Origin: Planctomycetota bacterium
GTDB taxonomy: Bacteria; Planctomycetota; B15-G4
Reading direction: 5' to 3'
Assembly: GCA_029259745.1 (NCBI GenBank)
Contig: JAJDEO010000069.1
Coordinates: 129,983 to 193,982 of the forward strand
DNA length: 64,000 bases
The notes below the pieces were generated by a model. The model ran no database searches, was not told where the DNA came from, and saw only the letters and a program-made list of their open reading frames with translations. This document shows, one piece after another, positions 10,006 through 19,291 of this stretch; within the stretch, counting starts at the first letter, position 1; every line of letters begins with the position of its first letter. The position numbers and the translations under genes were made by a program.

Positions 10006-10946
10006 CAGACTTCATCCGCGAAGCGGTGTTTGCAGCTACGGAAGTACGTGTAGCCGAGCACGAAGACGATCACCGACACGATCGACACAGTGACGAGCTT
10101 GCCGACCGGGAAGGTCATGTCGCCTTCGGGCCCGCCGTAGGTGACCATCGCGCGCCAGAGGTCGAGGATCGACGCCATGGGGTTGTACTCCATCGCCGTC
10201 ATGCCGAGCTCGACGCCGTCCAGCGAGGCCTGGGCCTCGGCGACGTCGGCCAGCGTCTTCTGACCGAGCGCCATGCGGTTCTGCACGTCGACGAGCTGGT
10301 CGGCCGCGGCCTGGCGAATCGCGCCGAGGTCGTAGAAGACGGGCGTCGTGAACATCCAGAAGGTCACCAGCACCGGCACGGCCTGGGCGATGTCGCGCAC
10401 GAACACGTTCGCCGCCGACAGGAACAACGTGATGCCGCAGATGAACATCGCCTGCACGATCAACACCACCGGCGCCCAGAGCAGCTCCGGCGGCAGGCTG
10501 CCGTTCACGTAGAGCTCGAGCGGGATCAGGATCGCGAAGCCGATCAGGAAGTAGACGTGGAAGACGATCACCTGCGCGACGACGAGCAGCTCGCTCGGGA
10601 AGGCGATCTTCTTGATCAGGTTCGCGTTCTCGAGAACGATCCCGGTGCCGCGCGACAGACACTCTGCGAGCGCCGTCCAGGGCAGGATGCCCGTGATCAG
10701 ATAGAACGTCGTGCGCCAGCCCTTGCCCGCCTCGTCGTGCGGCGCCAGCGTGTCCGTGAAGCCGATCTTGAGCAGCTTGCTGAAGATCAGGAAGTAGATC
10801 GCGAACAGGATCAACGGCTGGACGACAGGCCAGACCCGCCCGAACGCCGAGCCTTCGTAGCGCGCTTTGAGCTCACGCCAGACGAAGGCACCGACCAGCG
10901 CGCGGTGGCGCCAGATCACCATCGGCAGGGAGAATGCGGAACTCAT
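10005..10946 (-). CDS. wzm: Polysaccharide ABC exporter permease
   Basis: RELKARY.GS..G..W....P, NLIKKIAFP, RD, TPVFY...NP and terminal FADEV; immediately upstream of wzt. Confidence 0.92.
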   Translation of the reverse strand: MSSAFSLPMVIWRHRALVGAFVWRELKARYEGSAFGRVWPVVQPLILFAIYFLIFSKLLKIGFTDTLAPHDEAGKGWRTTFYLITGILPWTALAECLSRGTGIVLENANLIKKIAFPSELLVVAQVIVFHVYFLIGFAILIPLELYVNGSLPPELLWAPVVLIVQAMFICGITLFLSAANVFVRDIAQAVPVLVTFWMFTTPVFYDLGAIRQAAADQLVDVQNRMALGQKTLADVAEAQASLDGVELGMTAMEYNPMASILDLWRAMVTYGGPEGDMTFPVGKLVTVSIVSVIVFVLGYTYFRSCKHRFADEV

Positions 10947-11034
10947 GCCGGGGAGCGGAGCCTTGCGGGAAGTGGTGACATCGGGTGCCCATGTCGAAGC
11001 GGGAGAGCATACCCCGCCATCGGCCAGGGATCAC

Positions 11035-11943
11035 TCACGACGCGAGTTCGCGGGCGAGCAACGCGGCGCCGATGATTCCCGCATCGCCGCCGAGGCGGGC
11101 GTGGTCGATCGCGATCGGTGTCAGATCCGGCGCGAGCGGATGGGGATCGGCGCGCCGCTGGGCCGCCTCGAAGAGTTCGGGACAGTTCTCGATCACCGAC
11201 CCACCGAGCACGATGCGCTCGGGATCGAAGAGGGCCGCGAGGGTGTGGACCATGCGCTCCATCCCGGCGATCGCGTCGTCGAGGATCGCCCGCGCGACGG
11301 GCTGGCCCGTGCGCGCCGCGGCGATCACGCCGGCCGTATCCACGTCGAGCCCCGCGTCACGCGCTCGGGCCGCCATCGCGTCACCGCCCATGAAAGCGCT
11401 GAAGCTACCCGGCGGACTCAGATTGGGACTCGTCTCCCCGTGGCGATAAACCACCTGCCCGCCCTCGCCGGCCATCCCGTGGAAGCCCTCGACGAGCTTG
11501 CCGTTGCAGACGAAGCCCGTCCCGATACCGGTGCCGATGAAGACGGCGAGGAGCTCGTCGCACTGCGCTGCCCGCGACTCCGACCAGGCCGCCGACGAGA
11601 CGTCGTTGACGAGGCGGATCGGGACATCAAGAGCGTCTCGCAAGGGCGCGACGAGGTCGACGTTCTCGACGAACATGCACGGCGAGCGGTGCAGCTTGCC
11701 GCGCCGACTGTCCGTGAAGCCCGCGATCGCGAGCCCGAGCGCCAGCGTCCCTCGCTGCGCTTCGTCGAGTCGTCGCAGGGCCTCGCTGCGGATCGCCTCG
11801 ACGAGCGCGTCGGGATCACCGCGCGGCGTCGGAACGGACTGCCGCCCGGCGACGGAGCCGTCGGACGCAACCCACGCCGAGCGCAGGTTCGTCGCCCCGA
11901 CATCGAAGGCGAGCACGGCAGTGGGGTCGGTCTTGGTGTCCAT
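11035..11943 (-). CDS. ROK family sugar kinase-like protein (no Cys Zn motif)
   Basis: FDVGATN, ND, IGTGIGTG, G..GMAGE, LFDPERIVLGGSV, DAGIIGAA. Confidence 0.88.
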   Translation of the reverse strand: MDTKTDPTAVLAFDVGATNLRSAWVASDGSVAGRQSVPTPRGDPDALVEAIRSEALRRLDEAQRGTLALGLAIAGFTDSRRGKLHRSPCMFVENVDLVAPLRDALDVPIRLVNDVSSAAWSESRAAQCDELLAVFIGTGIGTGFVCNGKLVEGFHGMAGEGGQVVYRHGETSPNLSPPGSFSAFMGGDAMAARARDAGLDVDTAGVIAAARTGQPVARAILDDAIAGMERMVHTLAALFDPERIVLGGSVIENCPELFEAAQRRADPHPLAPDLTPIAIDHARLGGDAGIIGAALLARELAS

Positions 11944-12054
11944 CTCAGTTCTCGATCGGCGGACGATGCCGATCCGCTTGACCCATCCCTCACCTCCGCC
12001 CCCGAAGGGCGGTCACGGTATCAGAATGAGCGTGTCGATCAGCTGCCGCGCCGA

Positions 12055-14277
12055 TCACCCGTCGCGCGGGGTCGCCCAGGGCCAGGAAGCTCCCCAGCAC
12101 GTGCGGCCCCAGCGCTGCTGAGCCTGGCGCAGCATGTCGAGCCGCAGGCGCAGCTCACCGTCCTCGGCCTCGGGCACGAGGTCGCGCAACTCGCCGGGAT
12201 CCGCGCTGAGATCGAAGAGGAGCTCGCGCCCGGTGCGCACGTCGCGGTAGTACGAGTAACCGTCGTAGCGGGCCTTCCCAAGCCACGGAACCGTCGAACC
12301 GAGCGAGGGGACGAGCACCGACGACACCACCGGCTGGCTGCCCGGAAGTGACGCGAAGGGCTCGGGCAGCCGCCCTTGGAAGGCGTTGCCGGCGCGCAGG
12401 TTCGCGAGGTAGCCGACGAGCTGCGTGATGTCGACGAGCTCCGACGGCGTGTCGACGACGATCGAGCCGGCGCGCACTCCGGGCCCGGCGACGATCGCCG
12501 GCACGCGGGTGACCTCGTCGAACAGCGAGCGGCCGTTGCCGCGTCCTCCGTGCTCGTAGAACTCCTGACCGCACGACCCCACGAACACGACGAGCGTGCG
12601 GTCGAGCGTCCCGCGGGCACGCATGTGGTCGAAGAGACGACCGAGCGCGAAGTCGACGCGCGCGACCTCGTTGGCGTACAGCGTCCCGACCTCGCCGACG
12701 AGCGCCTCGGCACCGCTCGGGCGACTGTCGACACGGCGCATGCGCTCGACGAGTTCGGGGTCGAGCTCGTTGGGCATCTCGTGACCGTCTTCGAGGACGA
12801 TCTGGTGCGGCGCCTCGGGGTCGTCGAACTGCAGCGTCAGGAACCACTCGAAGTCGCGCTGGTTCTCGAGCCAGTCGATCGCGCGGTCGACGATCGTCGA
12901 GGCCGGCAAGGACGCGGCGGCCGAGTGGACCTCGTAGCCGCGGTCGAGCCCGTGCACGCGCCCGGCCGACGGGCTCGAGCCGAAGAGCGCCGTGCTCATG
13001 CCGGCCCACTGCGCCGACTGCGCGAGCGTCACGGCGCGCTCGGAGAGGCGGATCCCGCGCACGACGCCGATGCCGTGCGAGAGCGGCGAGAGCCCCGTGA
13101 AGAGCGACGCGACCGACGGCAGCGACCAGCTCGACGGCGCATGCATGTCCGTGTAACGGATGCCACGCTCGGCGAGGGCGTCGATGTTGGGCGTGACGGC
13201 ATAGTCGTCGCCATAGACCCCGAGACGATCGGGACGCAGACCGTCGACGACGACGAGCAGCACGTTCGAGCCGAACTCGGGGTCGAAGCGCGTGCGTGGC
13301 TGGAGACGCTCGGTGGTGAGGGCGACGTCACGCAGGCCGACGAACAGGTTGTCGCCCCCTTCGCGCACGAACTGCAGCGACATCGAACCGCCCGCCTGCT
13401 CGGCGATGTCGAGCGACACCGAAATCTCGTTGTGCACGCCGCCGGGTTCGCCCAGTCCGTCGAGGTCGAGCGCCATCAACTCGCCCACCGACGGGTCGAT
13501 GATGCGGACCATGGCTGGCCGCGGGGTCGCGCCGGTGGACGCGGCGTGGATCGCGATCTCGGCCCGCGCGCCCTTCGGCACGACGTCGATGTCGATCTGC
13601 AACGGCCGGTCGCGCAGGAGTTCGACGCAGCCGGGTCCCGACTGCGAGAGGCTCGTCGCGATGGCGTTCGGCGGCGCGAGGCGACGCTCGGCCATGTGGT
13701 CGGACAGCAGATCGCGCTCGACGGCGCGCGCCTTGACGGGCACGTCCGTGCCGTCGACGCGACGCCCCTCCGATTCGAGTACGACGTCGGCGATGTAGAC
13801 GGCGCCAAGCTGGCGGCGCGCCCCACCGTCGAGACACTCGAACTCGACGTCGACCGTCTCGCCGACGTCGACGGGCAGGGGAACCCGTCGCACCGTCCAG
13901 GTGTTCTCGGTGGCCGCGTCTTCCCAGATCAGCTCGCGCTCGCCGTCGGCGCGCACGACCGTGATGGCAAGACGCGGCCGCCCTTCGAGGTAGGCCTCGT
14001 GGAAGCGCAGGACGGGGCGCTCGCCGGGCACGGTGAAGGCGAAGAGCGCCGGGCGCCGCAGGTCGATCCGCCAGCCCGAGCGGACCCCGGCGTTGAGCGG
14101 CACCGAGTGCAGGGCCTGCAGGCGCGCCGCGTTCTCGGGCACGAGCGGCAGGCGCACGTCGGTGACGAGGTCGGGCTTGTGCTGGTGTTCCCACCAGATC
14201 CAAGCTCCGGCGACGATCGCCAGCACGATGACGAGTCGCCCGAGTGCGGCCCAGGCGTCGCGCGAGGGTGGCTTCAC
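12055..14277 (-). CDS. Membrane-anchored sulfatase-like (alkaline phosphatase superfamily) protein
   Basis: N-terminal TM helix; NVLLVVVDGLRPD, TPNID, SSWSLPSVASLFTG, ELLFDL..DPGE. Confidence 0.85.
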   Translation of the reverse strand: MKPPSRDAWAALGRLVIVLAIVAGAWIWWEHQHKPDLVTDVRLPLVPENAARLQALHSVPLNAGVRSGWRIDLRRPALFAFTVPGERPVLRFHEAYLEGRPRLAITVVRADGERELIWEDAATENTWTVRRVPLPVDVGETVDVEFECLDGGARRQLGAVYIADVVLESEGRRVDGTDVPVKARAVERDLLSDHMAERRLAPPNAIATSLSQSGPGCVELLRDRPLQIDIDVVPKGARAEIAIHAASTGATPRPAMVRIIDPSVGELMALDLDGLGEPGGVHNEISVSLDIAEQAGGSMSLQFVREGGDNLFVGLRDVALTTERLQPRTRFDPEFGSNVLLVVVDGLRPDRLGVYGDDYAVTPNIDALAERGIRYTDMHAPSSWSLPSVASLFTGLSPLSHGIGVVRGIRLSERAVTLAQSAQWAGMSTALFGSSPSAGRVHGLDRGYEVHSAAASLPASTIVDRAIDWLENQRDFEWFLTLQFDDPEAPHQIVLEDGHEMPNELDPELVERMRRVDSRPSGAEALVGEVGTLYANEVARVDFALGRLFDHMRARGTLDRTLVVFVGSCGQEFYEHGGRGNGRSLFDEVTRVPAIVAGPGVRAGSIVVDTPSELVDITQLVGYLANLRAGNAFQGRLPEPFASLPGSQPVVSSVLVPSLGSTVPWLGKARYDGYSYYRDVRTGRELLFDLSADPGELRDLVPEAEDGELRLRLDMLRQAQQRWGRTCWGASWPWATPRDG

Positions 14278-14798
14278 GGCATGTCCGCGCCGGAGCCGAA
14301 CCGCTCCAAGCGGTCGTAGTAATCGTCGGACAGCTTGCGCCTCGTCGGACGCATGAGCGCCTGGAACTTCGTCATGAGGAACTCGGCGTCGGTGCGGTTG
14401 TCCGGGAAAGGCTCCCAGTCGTCACTGCGACGCACGTCGGTCGCCATGAGCCCGAGCTTGCGGATGACTTCCTCGCGCACGCGGACGCGCACGCTGTAAC
14501 CCGGCACGCCCTCCTTGCTCGGCGCGCTCTCGACCTCGGCGAGGACCTTGCGACGTGACGGCCCGCGCACCTCGCGCTGACTCGTGCCGTAGGTCCATTC
14601 GGTTTCGACGATGCCCGTTCCCGGGTCGACCTTCACGACGGCGTAGCCCTCGCCCTCCACCGTGGCGCCGATGACGGTCATGAGCGTGTTGTACTCGACG
14701 TCCTCGAAGCGACCGTGCGCCCAGAGCGGCGGCGGCTCGGTGTCCGGAAGGAGTCCGCAGGCCGAGGTGAGCGTGAGCACGACGGCGCAACAAAGCAC
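14274..14798 (-). CDS. Putative lipoprotein
   Basis: Lipobox-like LTSAC after a hydrophobic stretch; D..TG.VETEW segment like BamC-type lipoprotein domains; lies between der and the sulfatase-like gene and overlaps the latter's start. Confidence 0.6.
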   Translation of the reverse strand: MLCCAVVLTLTSACGLLPDTEPPPLWAHGRFEDVEYNTLMTVIGATVEGEGYAVVKVDPGTGIVETEWTYGTSQREVRGPSRRKVLAEVESAPSKEGVPGYSVRVRVREEVIRKLGLMATDVRRSDDWEPFPDNRTDAEFLMTKFQALMRPTRRKLSDDYYDRLERFGSGADMP

Positions 14799-14817
14799 CC
14801 GCGCGGCGCGGCGCCAC

Positions 14818-16218
14818 TCAGCGCGTGCGCTTCTCGTCACCGCTACGCTTCTGGAACAGCATTCGGATCGGGACTTCATCGAAACCGAGCTCCTCTTGCA
14901 GCTGGTGTTGCAGGAATCGACGCCACGAGTCTTCGAACAAGCTGGGATCGTTGACGAAGATGACGAGCGTCGGCGGATAGGTGCCCACCTGTGAGCCGTA
15001 GTAGATCTTTCCGATACGGCCGCCCTGCGGGCGCGGTTTGACGCGTCGGTAGGCGCGGGCCAGCACGCGGTTGAGTTCGCCCGTGGACACACGCTTGCCG
15101 GCCGAGTCGTAGAGTTCGGCGGCCAACGCAAGGGTGGGCTCCATATTGAGCTTCTCGGTCGCGGCCATGAAGGCCAGCGGCGCATGTTCGAGACCAGCGA
15201 GTGTCTTGCGGACATACGTCTCGAAGGCTTCGGTCGACGTTTGGTCACGCGCGAGATCCCACTTGTTGATCACGACGATGCACGGCACGCAGAAAGACGT
15301 GATGATTCCGCCGATCTGTCGGTCGATTCGACCGACATCGCGCGTGGCGTCCAGCATCAGCAGGGCGACGTCGGCGCGACGCATGGCGCGCTCGGCGCGG
15401 CTCTGGCTGTAGAACTCCACCGAATCGGCGATCGTGCGCTTCTTGCGGATGCCGGCCGTGTCGATGGCGACGAAGCGTCGTCCGCGCAGCGTGAACGGTG
15501 AATCGACGGCGTCGCGGGTGGTGCCCGGGACGTCCGAGACGATCATGCGGTCGTCGCCGAGCAATGCATTCGTGAGCGTCGACTTGCCGACGTTCATGCG
15601 CCCGACGATCGCGAGGTGGATCGTGCCGCCCGGCGCGCTGGGCATCATCGGCACTTCGCCGGCCTCACCGATCTCCTCGAAGATCTTCTCGCGCAGATCG
15701 ACGATGCCGAGCACTTCCTTCGCCGAGACGCGGAAGGGTTCGCCGAAGCCGAGCGCGTAGCCCTCGGCGATGCCGGACTCGAAACGCGTCGACTCGCACT
15801 TGTTCGCGATCAGCATGATCTTGACGTCGAGCCGGCGCAGGCGACGCACGACGTCCTCGTCGAGCGGCGTGATGCCTTCGCGCGCGTCGTAGACGAAGAG
15901 CACGAGGTCGGCGAGGTTCAGCGCGAGGTCGATCTGGTTGTCGATCTCGGCCTTGAGCATCGCGTCGTCGACGAGACCGATGCCGCCCGTGTCGATGAAC
16001 TCGATCGAGCGGTTGTCCATGTCGTAGACGTAGCTGACGCGGTCGCGTGTCACGCCCGCCATCGGATCTTCGATGGCGACGCGCTGGCGAACGAGGGCGT
16101 TGAACAGCGTGCTCTTGCCGACGTTCGGGCGCCCGACGATGACCACGCGCGGAATGCCCCCGCCGCGGGCCGGAGCGGCGACGCTGTCGTCGGGAGAGGA
16201 GGGAGTGTCGGCGGACAT
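14818..16218 (-). CDS. der: Ribosome biogenesis GTPase Der (EngA)
   Basis: Two G domains (GRPNVGKS/DTGG/NKCE and GRMNVGKS/GTTRDA/DTAG/NKWD) plus a C-terminal KH-like domain. Confidence 0.97.
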   Translation of the reverse strand: MSADTPSSPDDSVAAPARGGGIPRVVIVGRPNVGKSTLFNALVRQRVAIEDPMAGVTRDRVSYVYDMDNRSIEFIDTGGIGLVDDAMLKAEIDNQIDLALNLADLVLFVYDAREGITPLDEDVVRRLRRLDVKIMLIANKCESTRFESGIAEGYALGFGEPFRVSAKEVLGIVDLREKIFEEIGEAGEVPMMPSAPGGTIHLAIVGRMNVGKSTLTNALLGDDRMIVSDVPGTTRDAVDSPFTLRGRRFVAIDTAGIRKKRTIADSVEFYSQSRAERAMRRADVALLMLDATRDVGRIDRQIGGIITSFCVPCIVVINKWDLARDQTSTEAFETYVRKTLAGLEHAPLAFMAATEKLNMEPTLALAAELYDSAGKRVSTGELNRVLARAYRRVKPRPQGGRIGKIYYGSQVGTYPPTLVIFVNDPSLFEDSWRRFLQHQLQEELGFDEVPIRMLFQKRSGDEKRTR

Positions 16219-16328
16219 GGGAGCTGCTGCGCTGGGGGAACAGACGAGGACGACCCAAGAAGGTATCGAACTGCCCCCCTACTGCGCGCCCCCACGTTTC
16301 ACCGGACTTTCGGGCGAAATGCAGCCCT

Positions 16329-16782
16329 TCAGTGCAAGTGCAGCACGAACTCTGCCTCGTCGATGAGTTCGCTGCCCACGATGCGCACCCGCATGACCCA
16401 CTCGCCCGGCATGTGGAGCAGCACGCCCGAGAGGACGAAGACGCCGTCGTCGCGCCGCGTCATCTCGGGCGTCGTGACGAGCCCGTGCCCGTGCTGGGGC
16501 ATCCGCAGCGTGGCAGCAACCTCGGCGTCGTCACCAACGACCGCGTCGCTCTCGAGTTCCCGCACGGTGAACTCCAGCTCGAAGCGTTCGTTGAACGGCG
16601 GCGGATCGGGTGACCGGCGCCCAGGCCACGCGGAAACCGCGCTTGCGCGATGTCACCTCCCGAGGTCCATCGAGCAGCCATGGTTCGGCTTCGAGCGTGG
16701 GTGGTGCGTCGCCTCCGCCTCCGCAGGAAGCGAGCACCCACGCCAGTGCGACGGCAGCACCCGAAAGCTGTCGGGTGATCAC
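16329..16782 (-). pseudogene. YtkA-like lipoprotein split by a 1-nt frameshift near 16611 (possible sequencing error)
   Basis: GTG at 16782 overlaps the upstream stop; lipobox LASC; removing one base joins WAPV to PDPPPFNERFELEF...MPQHGHG...LHMPGEW (YtkA-like motifs). Confidence 0.7.
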
Positions 16783-17249
16783 TGCACCTCGAAGGCGAGG
16801 GCCCCGGACGTCAGCCAGCCACCTTGCCCGTCGGGCCACACCCACTGGGCGTAGGCGACGGCCCCTGCGAGGTCGCGCGCATCGGGGATCGGGAGTACGC
16901 GCTCGGCCCAACCGCGTCCGTTGGCCTGCGACGGGATCGCCAGGATCAAGGCGTCGACATCGACGTCGAGCGAGGCGCCACCGACGGACGAGGGCTCGAG
17001 GTTCGTCGAGACGAGGAGCCAACCGCTTGCCCACGGCGGCACGTGCAGGCAGTAGGAACCGAAGTATCGCGCTCCCACGCGGGGTTGGCTGAGCACGCCC
17101 TGAACGAGCAGACCGTCAGGAGCCACCTCGGGTTCACTGACACGCTGGACGCCGAAGGGGAGCGGCGTGAGACGTAAGGCGGCCGCCGGGTTGCCCCACA
17201 CCCCAGTACCCGGTGCTTCAGCGGCCGCGACACGCGCGTTCCGCTGCAA
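16779..17249 (-). CDS. Hypothetical protein resembling a stand-alone copy of the secreted-protein C-terminal domain
   Basis: Fills the gap after queE and its stop overlaps the next start (GTGA); ends LPIP...LAGAVAYAQWVWPD...TSGALAFEVQ. Start uncertain. Confidence 0.6.
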   Translation of the reverse strand: MQRNARVAAAEAPGTGVWGNPAAALRLTPLPFGVQRVSEPEVAPDGLLVQGVLSQPRVGARYFGSYCLHVPPWASGWLLVSTNLEPSSVGGASLDVDVDALILAIPSQANGRGWAERVLPIPDARDLAGAVAYAQWVWPDGQGGWLTSGALAFEVQ

Positions 17250-17270
17250 GCACCTCCGAGCCCGTCACCC

Positions 17271-18038
17271 TCACCGCACCTTCAACATCTTGTGGACCTG
17301 CGGGATCACGCGGACGTCGAGACCGGCCGCGAGGAGCACGTCGACCATCGCCTCGAGCGCCTCGGTGCCGATCGCGGGCGAGCCGCCCATCGGCGTGACG
17401 GGCTGCAAGAACACGGGCGCGTCGGGGTGGTGCGTGGACACGAGCTGCGCCGCGCGTTCGATCTCGGCGCGCGGTGTCGTGCCGTCGACGACGAGTTTGA
17501 AGACGGGTGACGACGCGGCGAGCACGCCGTCGGCGAAGACGGCTTCGTGCAGGTCGAGCGCGTCGGCGCGGCCTGTCGACGAAGGCAGCTTGATGTCGCA
17601 CGACAGCCAGCGGCAATGCGGCGCGACGAGACGCAACGCCTCGGCGTCGAGCGCCGCCGTCTCGAGCATGACGTCGCGCGGCGCGAGCGCCGCCGCGAGA
17701 GCCGCCGCGAGAGCCGCGACGAACTCGGCCTGCTCGAGCGGCTCACCGCCCGTGATCGACACGCTCGTCGTCGGCGCGCCGGGCACCATCGGATCACTCG
17801 CCTCGACGAGCGCGAGCACATCGTCGACGGTCATCGGGTTGCTGACACGCTCACCGCGCGCGTTCGGCACGGCCACGTCGGCGATGTCCGCGAAGGCCCA
17901 CTCGGTGTCGCAGTAGCGGCAGCCGACGTGACACCCGGCCAAGCGCACGAACACCTGCCGCCGCCCCATCAGCAGCCCCTCGCCCTGGATCGACCGGAAC
18001 ACCTCCGCGAGGCGCCCCGTCACGGCGGCGGTCGTCAC
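17271..18038 (-). CDS. queE: 7-carboxy-7-deazaguanine synthase (radical SAM)
   Basis: EVFRSIQGEG, FVRLAGCHVGCRYCDT (CxxxCxxC), ITGGEP, VFLQP, IPQVHK; GTG overlaps the upstream stop. Confidence 0.92.
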   Translation of the reverse strand: MTTAAVTGRLAEVFRSIQGEGLLMGRRQVFVRLAGCHVGCRYCDTEWAFADIADVAVPNARGERVSNPMTVDDVLALVEASDPMVPGAPTTSVSITGGEPLEQAEFVAALAAALAAALAPRDVMLETAALDAEALRLVAPHCRWLSCDIKLPSSTGRADALDLHEAVFADGVLAASSPVFKLVVDGTTPRAEIERAAQLVSTHHPDAPVFLQPVTPMGGSPAIGTEALEAMVDVLLAAGLDVRVIPQVHKMLKVR

Positions 18039-19174
18039 CCGGCCAGCTCGTCGGCGATGCCGCACAGCGCCTCGATGCCGCGGTCGAGCACGGAATCGTC
18101 GGCCGCGAAGGAGAGGCGCAGGTGCGTGTCGCGCGCGCTGAAGGTCTTGCCCGGGACGACGAGGAGACGGCGCTTGAGCGCCGCGTCCATGTAGACGTCG
18201 GACGAGACGCCGTGCGGCAGCTGCGGCCACATGTAGAACGACCCGCCGGGACTCGAACACTCGTAGTGGTCGGCGATGCCGTCGAGGATGCGATCGCGCT
18301 TGCCGCGGTACTCGCCGATCTCCTTCGACATGTCGGTGCCGAGCGCCGCGAGGGCCGCCTTCTGGAACGGCGCTGGAGCGCAGACGAACGTGAACTGCTG
18401 GAAGCGTCGCATGGCGTCGATGAGGTCGTCGGGCCCGAGCGCCCAACCGAGGCGCCAACCGGGGACGCCGTAGGTCTTCGAGAACCCGCCGAGCAGCAGC
18501 AGACGCTCGGAGTCGATGCGTCCGCCAGCCGAGACGTGCGGGCCGTCGTAAACGAACGCGTCGTAGATCTCGTCCGACACGACGAACAGGTCGTGACGCC
18601 GCGCGACGTTGTTGACGGCCGTCATCTCCTCGACCGTCAGCGTGCGCCCCGTGGGATTGCTCGGCGTGTTGACGAGCAGCACGCGTGTGCGATCCGTGAT
18701 CGACGCTTCGAGCAAGGCCTCGGTGAGCGGCGTGCCCGGGTAGTGATCGAACGTCTTCAACGTCGCCCCGCACATGCCCGCGAGCACGGCGTACATCGTG
18801 AAGTAGGGGTCGGGGATGAGGACTTCGTCACCCGGGTCGAGCAGCGCCATGAAGCCGAGCAGCAGCCCGCCCGAGACACCGCTCGTGATCAGACTCGCAT
18901 CCGCCTCGTAGCCGTAGAGGTCGTCCATGCGACGCATGACGGCGTCGTTGAGCTCGGGCAGACCCTGCGTGACCGTGTAGCGGTTGAAGCCGCTGCGGAT
19001 CGCGTCGCAGGCCACCTCGGCGATGGCGTCGGGCACGTCGAAGTGGGCCTGACCGATCGAGAGATTGATCGGGTCCTTGACCGACGCGACGAGTTCGAAG
19101 ATGCGTCGGATGCCGCTCTCCGGCATCCCGCGCGCCCGCTCCGAAAGCCGCGCCCTGATCGATTCGACACCCAA
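18035..19174 (-). CDS. PLP-dependent aminotransferase class I/II
   Basis: INLSIGQ, NTPSNPTG, SDEIY, GFSKTYGVPGWRLG; start at TTG after GAGGAG is tentative. Confidence 0.9.
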   Translation of the reverse strand: MGVESIRARLSERARGMPESGIRRIFELVASVKDPINLSIGQAHFDVPDAIAEVACDAIRSGFNRYTVTQGLPELNDAVMRRMDDLYGYEADASLITSGVSGGLLLGFMALLDPGDEVLIPDPYFTMYAVLAGMCGATLKTFDHYPGTPLTEALLEASITDRTRVLLVNTPSNPTGRTLTVEEMTAVNNVARRHDLFVVSDEIYDAFVYDGPHVSAGGRIDSERLLLLGGFSKTYGVPGWRLGWALGPDDLIDAMRRFQQFTFVCAPAPFQKAALAALGTDMSKEIGEYRGKRDRILDGIADHYECSSPGGSFYMWPQLPHGVSSDVYMDAALKRRLLVVPGKTFSARDTHLRLSFAADDSVLDRGIEALCGIADELAG

Positions 19175-19291
19175 CCTCAGCTCCTCCTCAGACGACAACG
19201 AGGAGCCGCGGTCGAACGACCGGACTCCTCGCACTTCGTCTGCGTCATCCAGCTGATCAGCCGAGCGACGACAGACGCGGGACGGTGCGAC

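Noticed and set aside
17683-17716. Short in-frame tandem duplications (AALA repeats in queE; also QFAHD x2 near 46285-46320 and ELRSL x2 near 28500-28540)
   Set aside because: Local slippage in coding regions; no spacers, so not CRISPR, and no functional signal.
17271-18038. queE as part of a 7-deazaguanine DNA modification (dpd) system
   Set aside because: No dpdA/tgt-like, queC, queD or folE nearby; the context is housekeeping.
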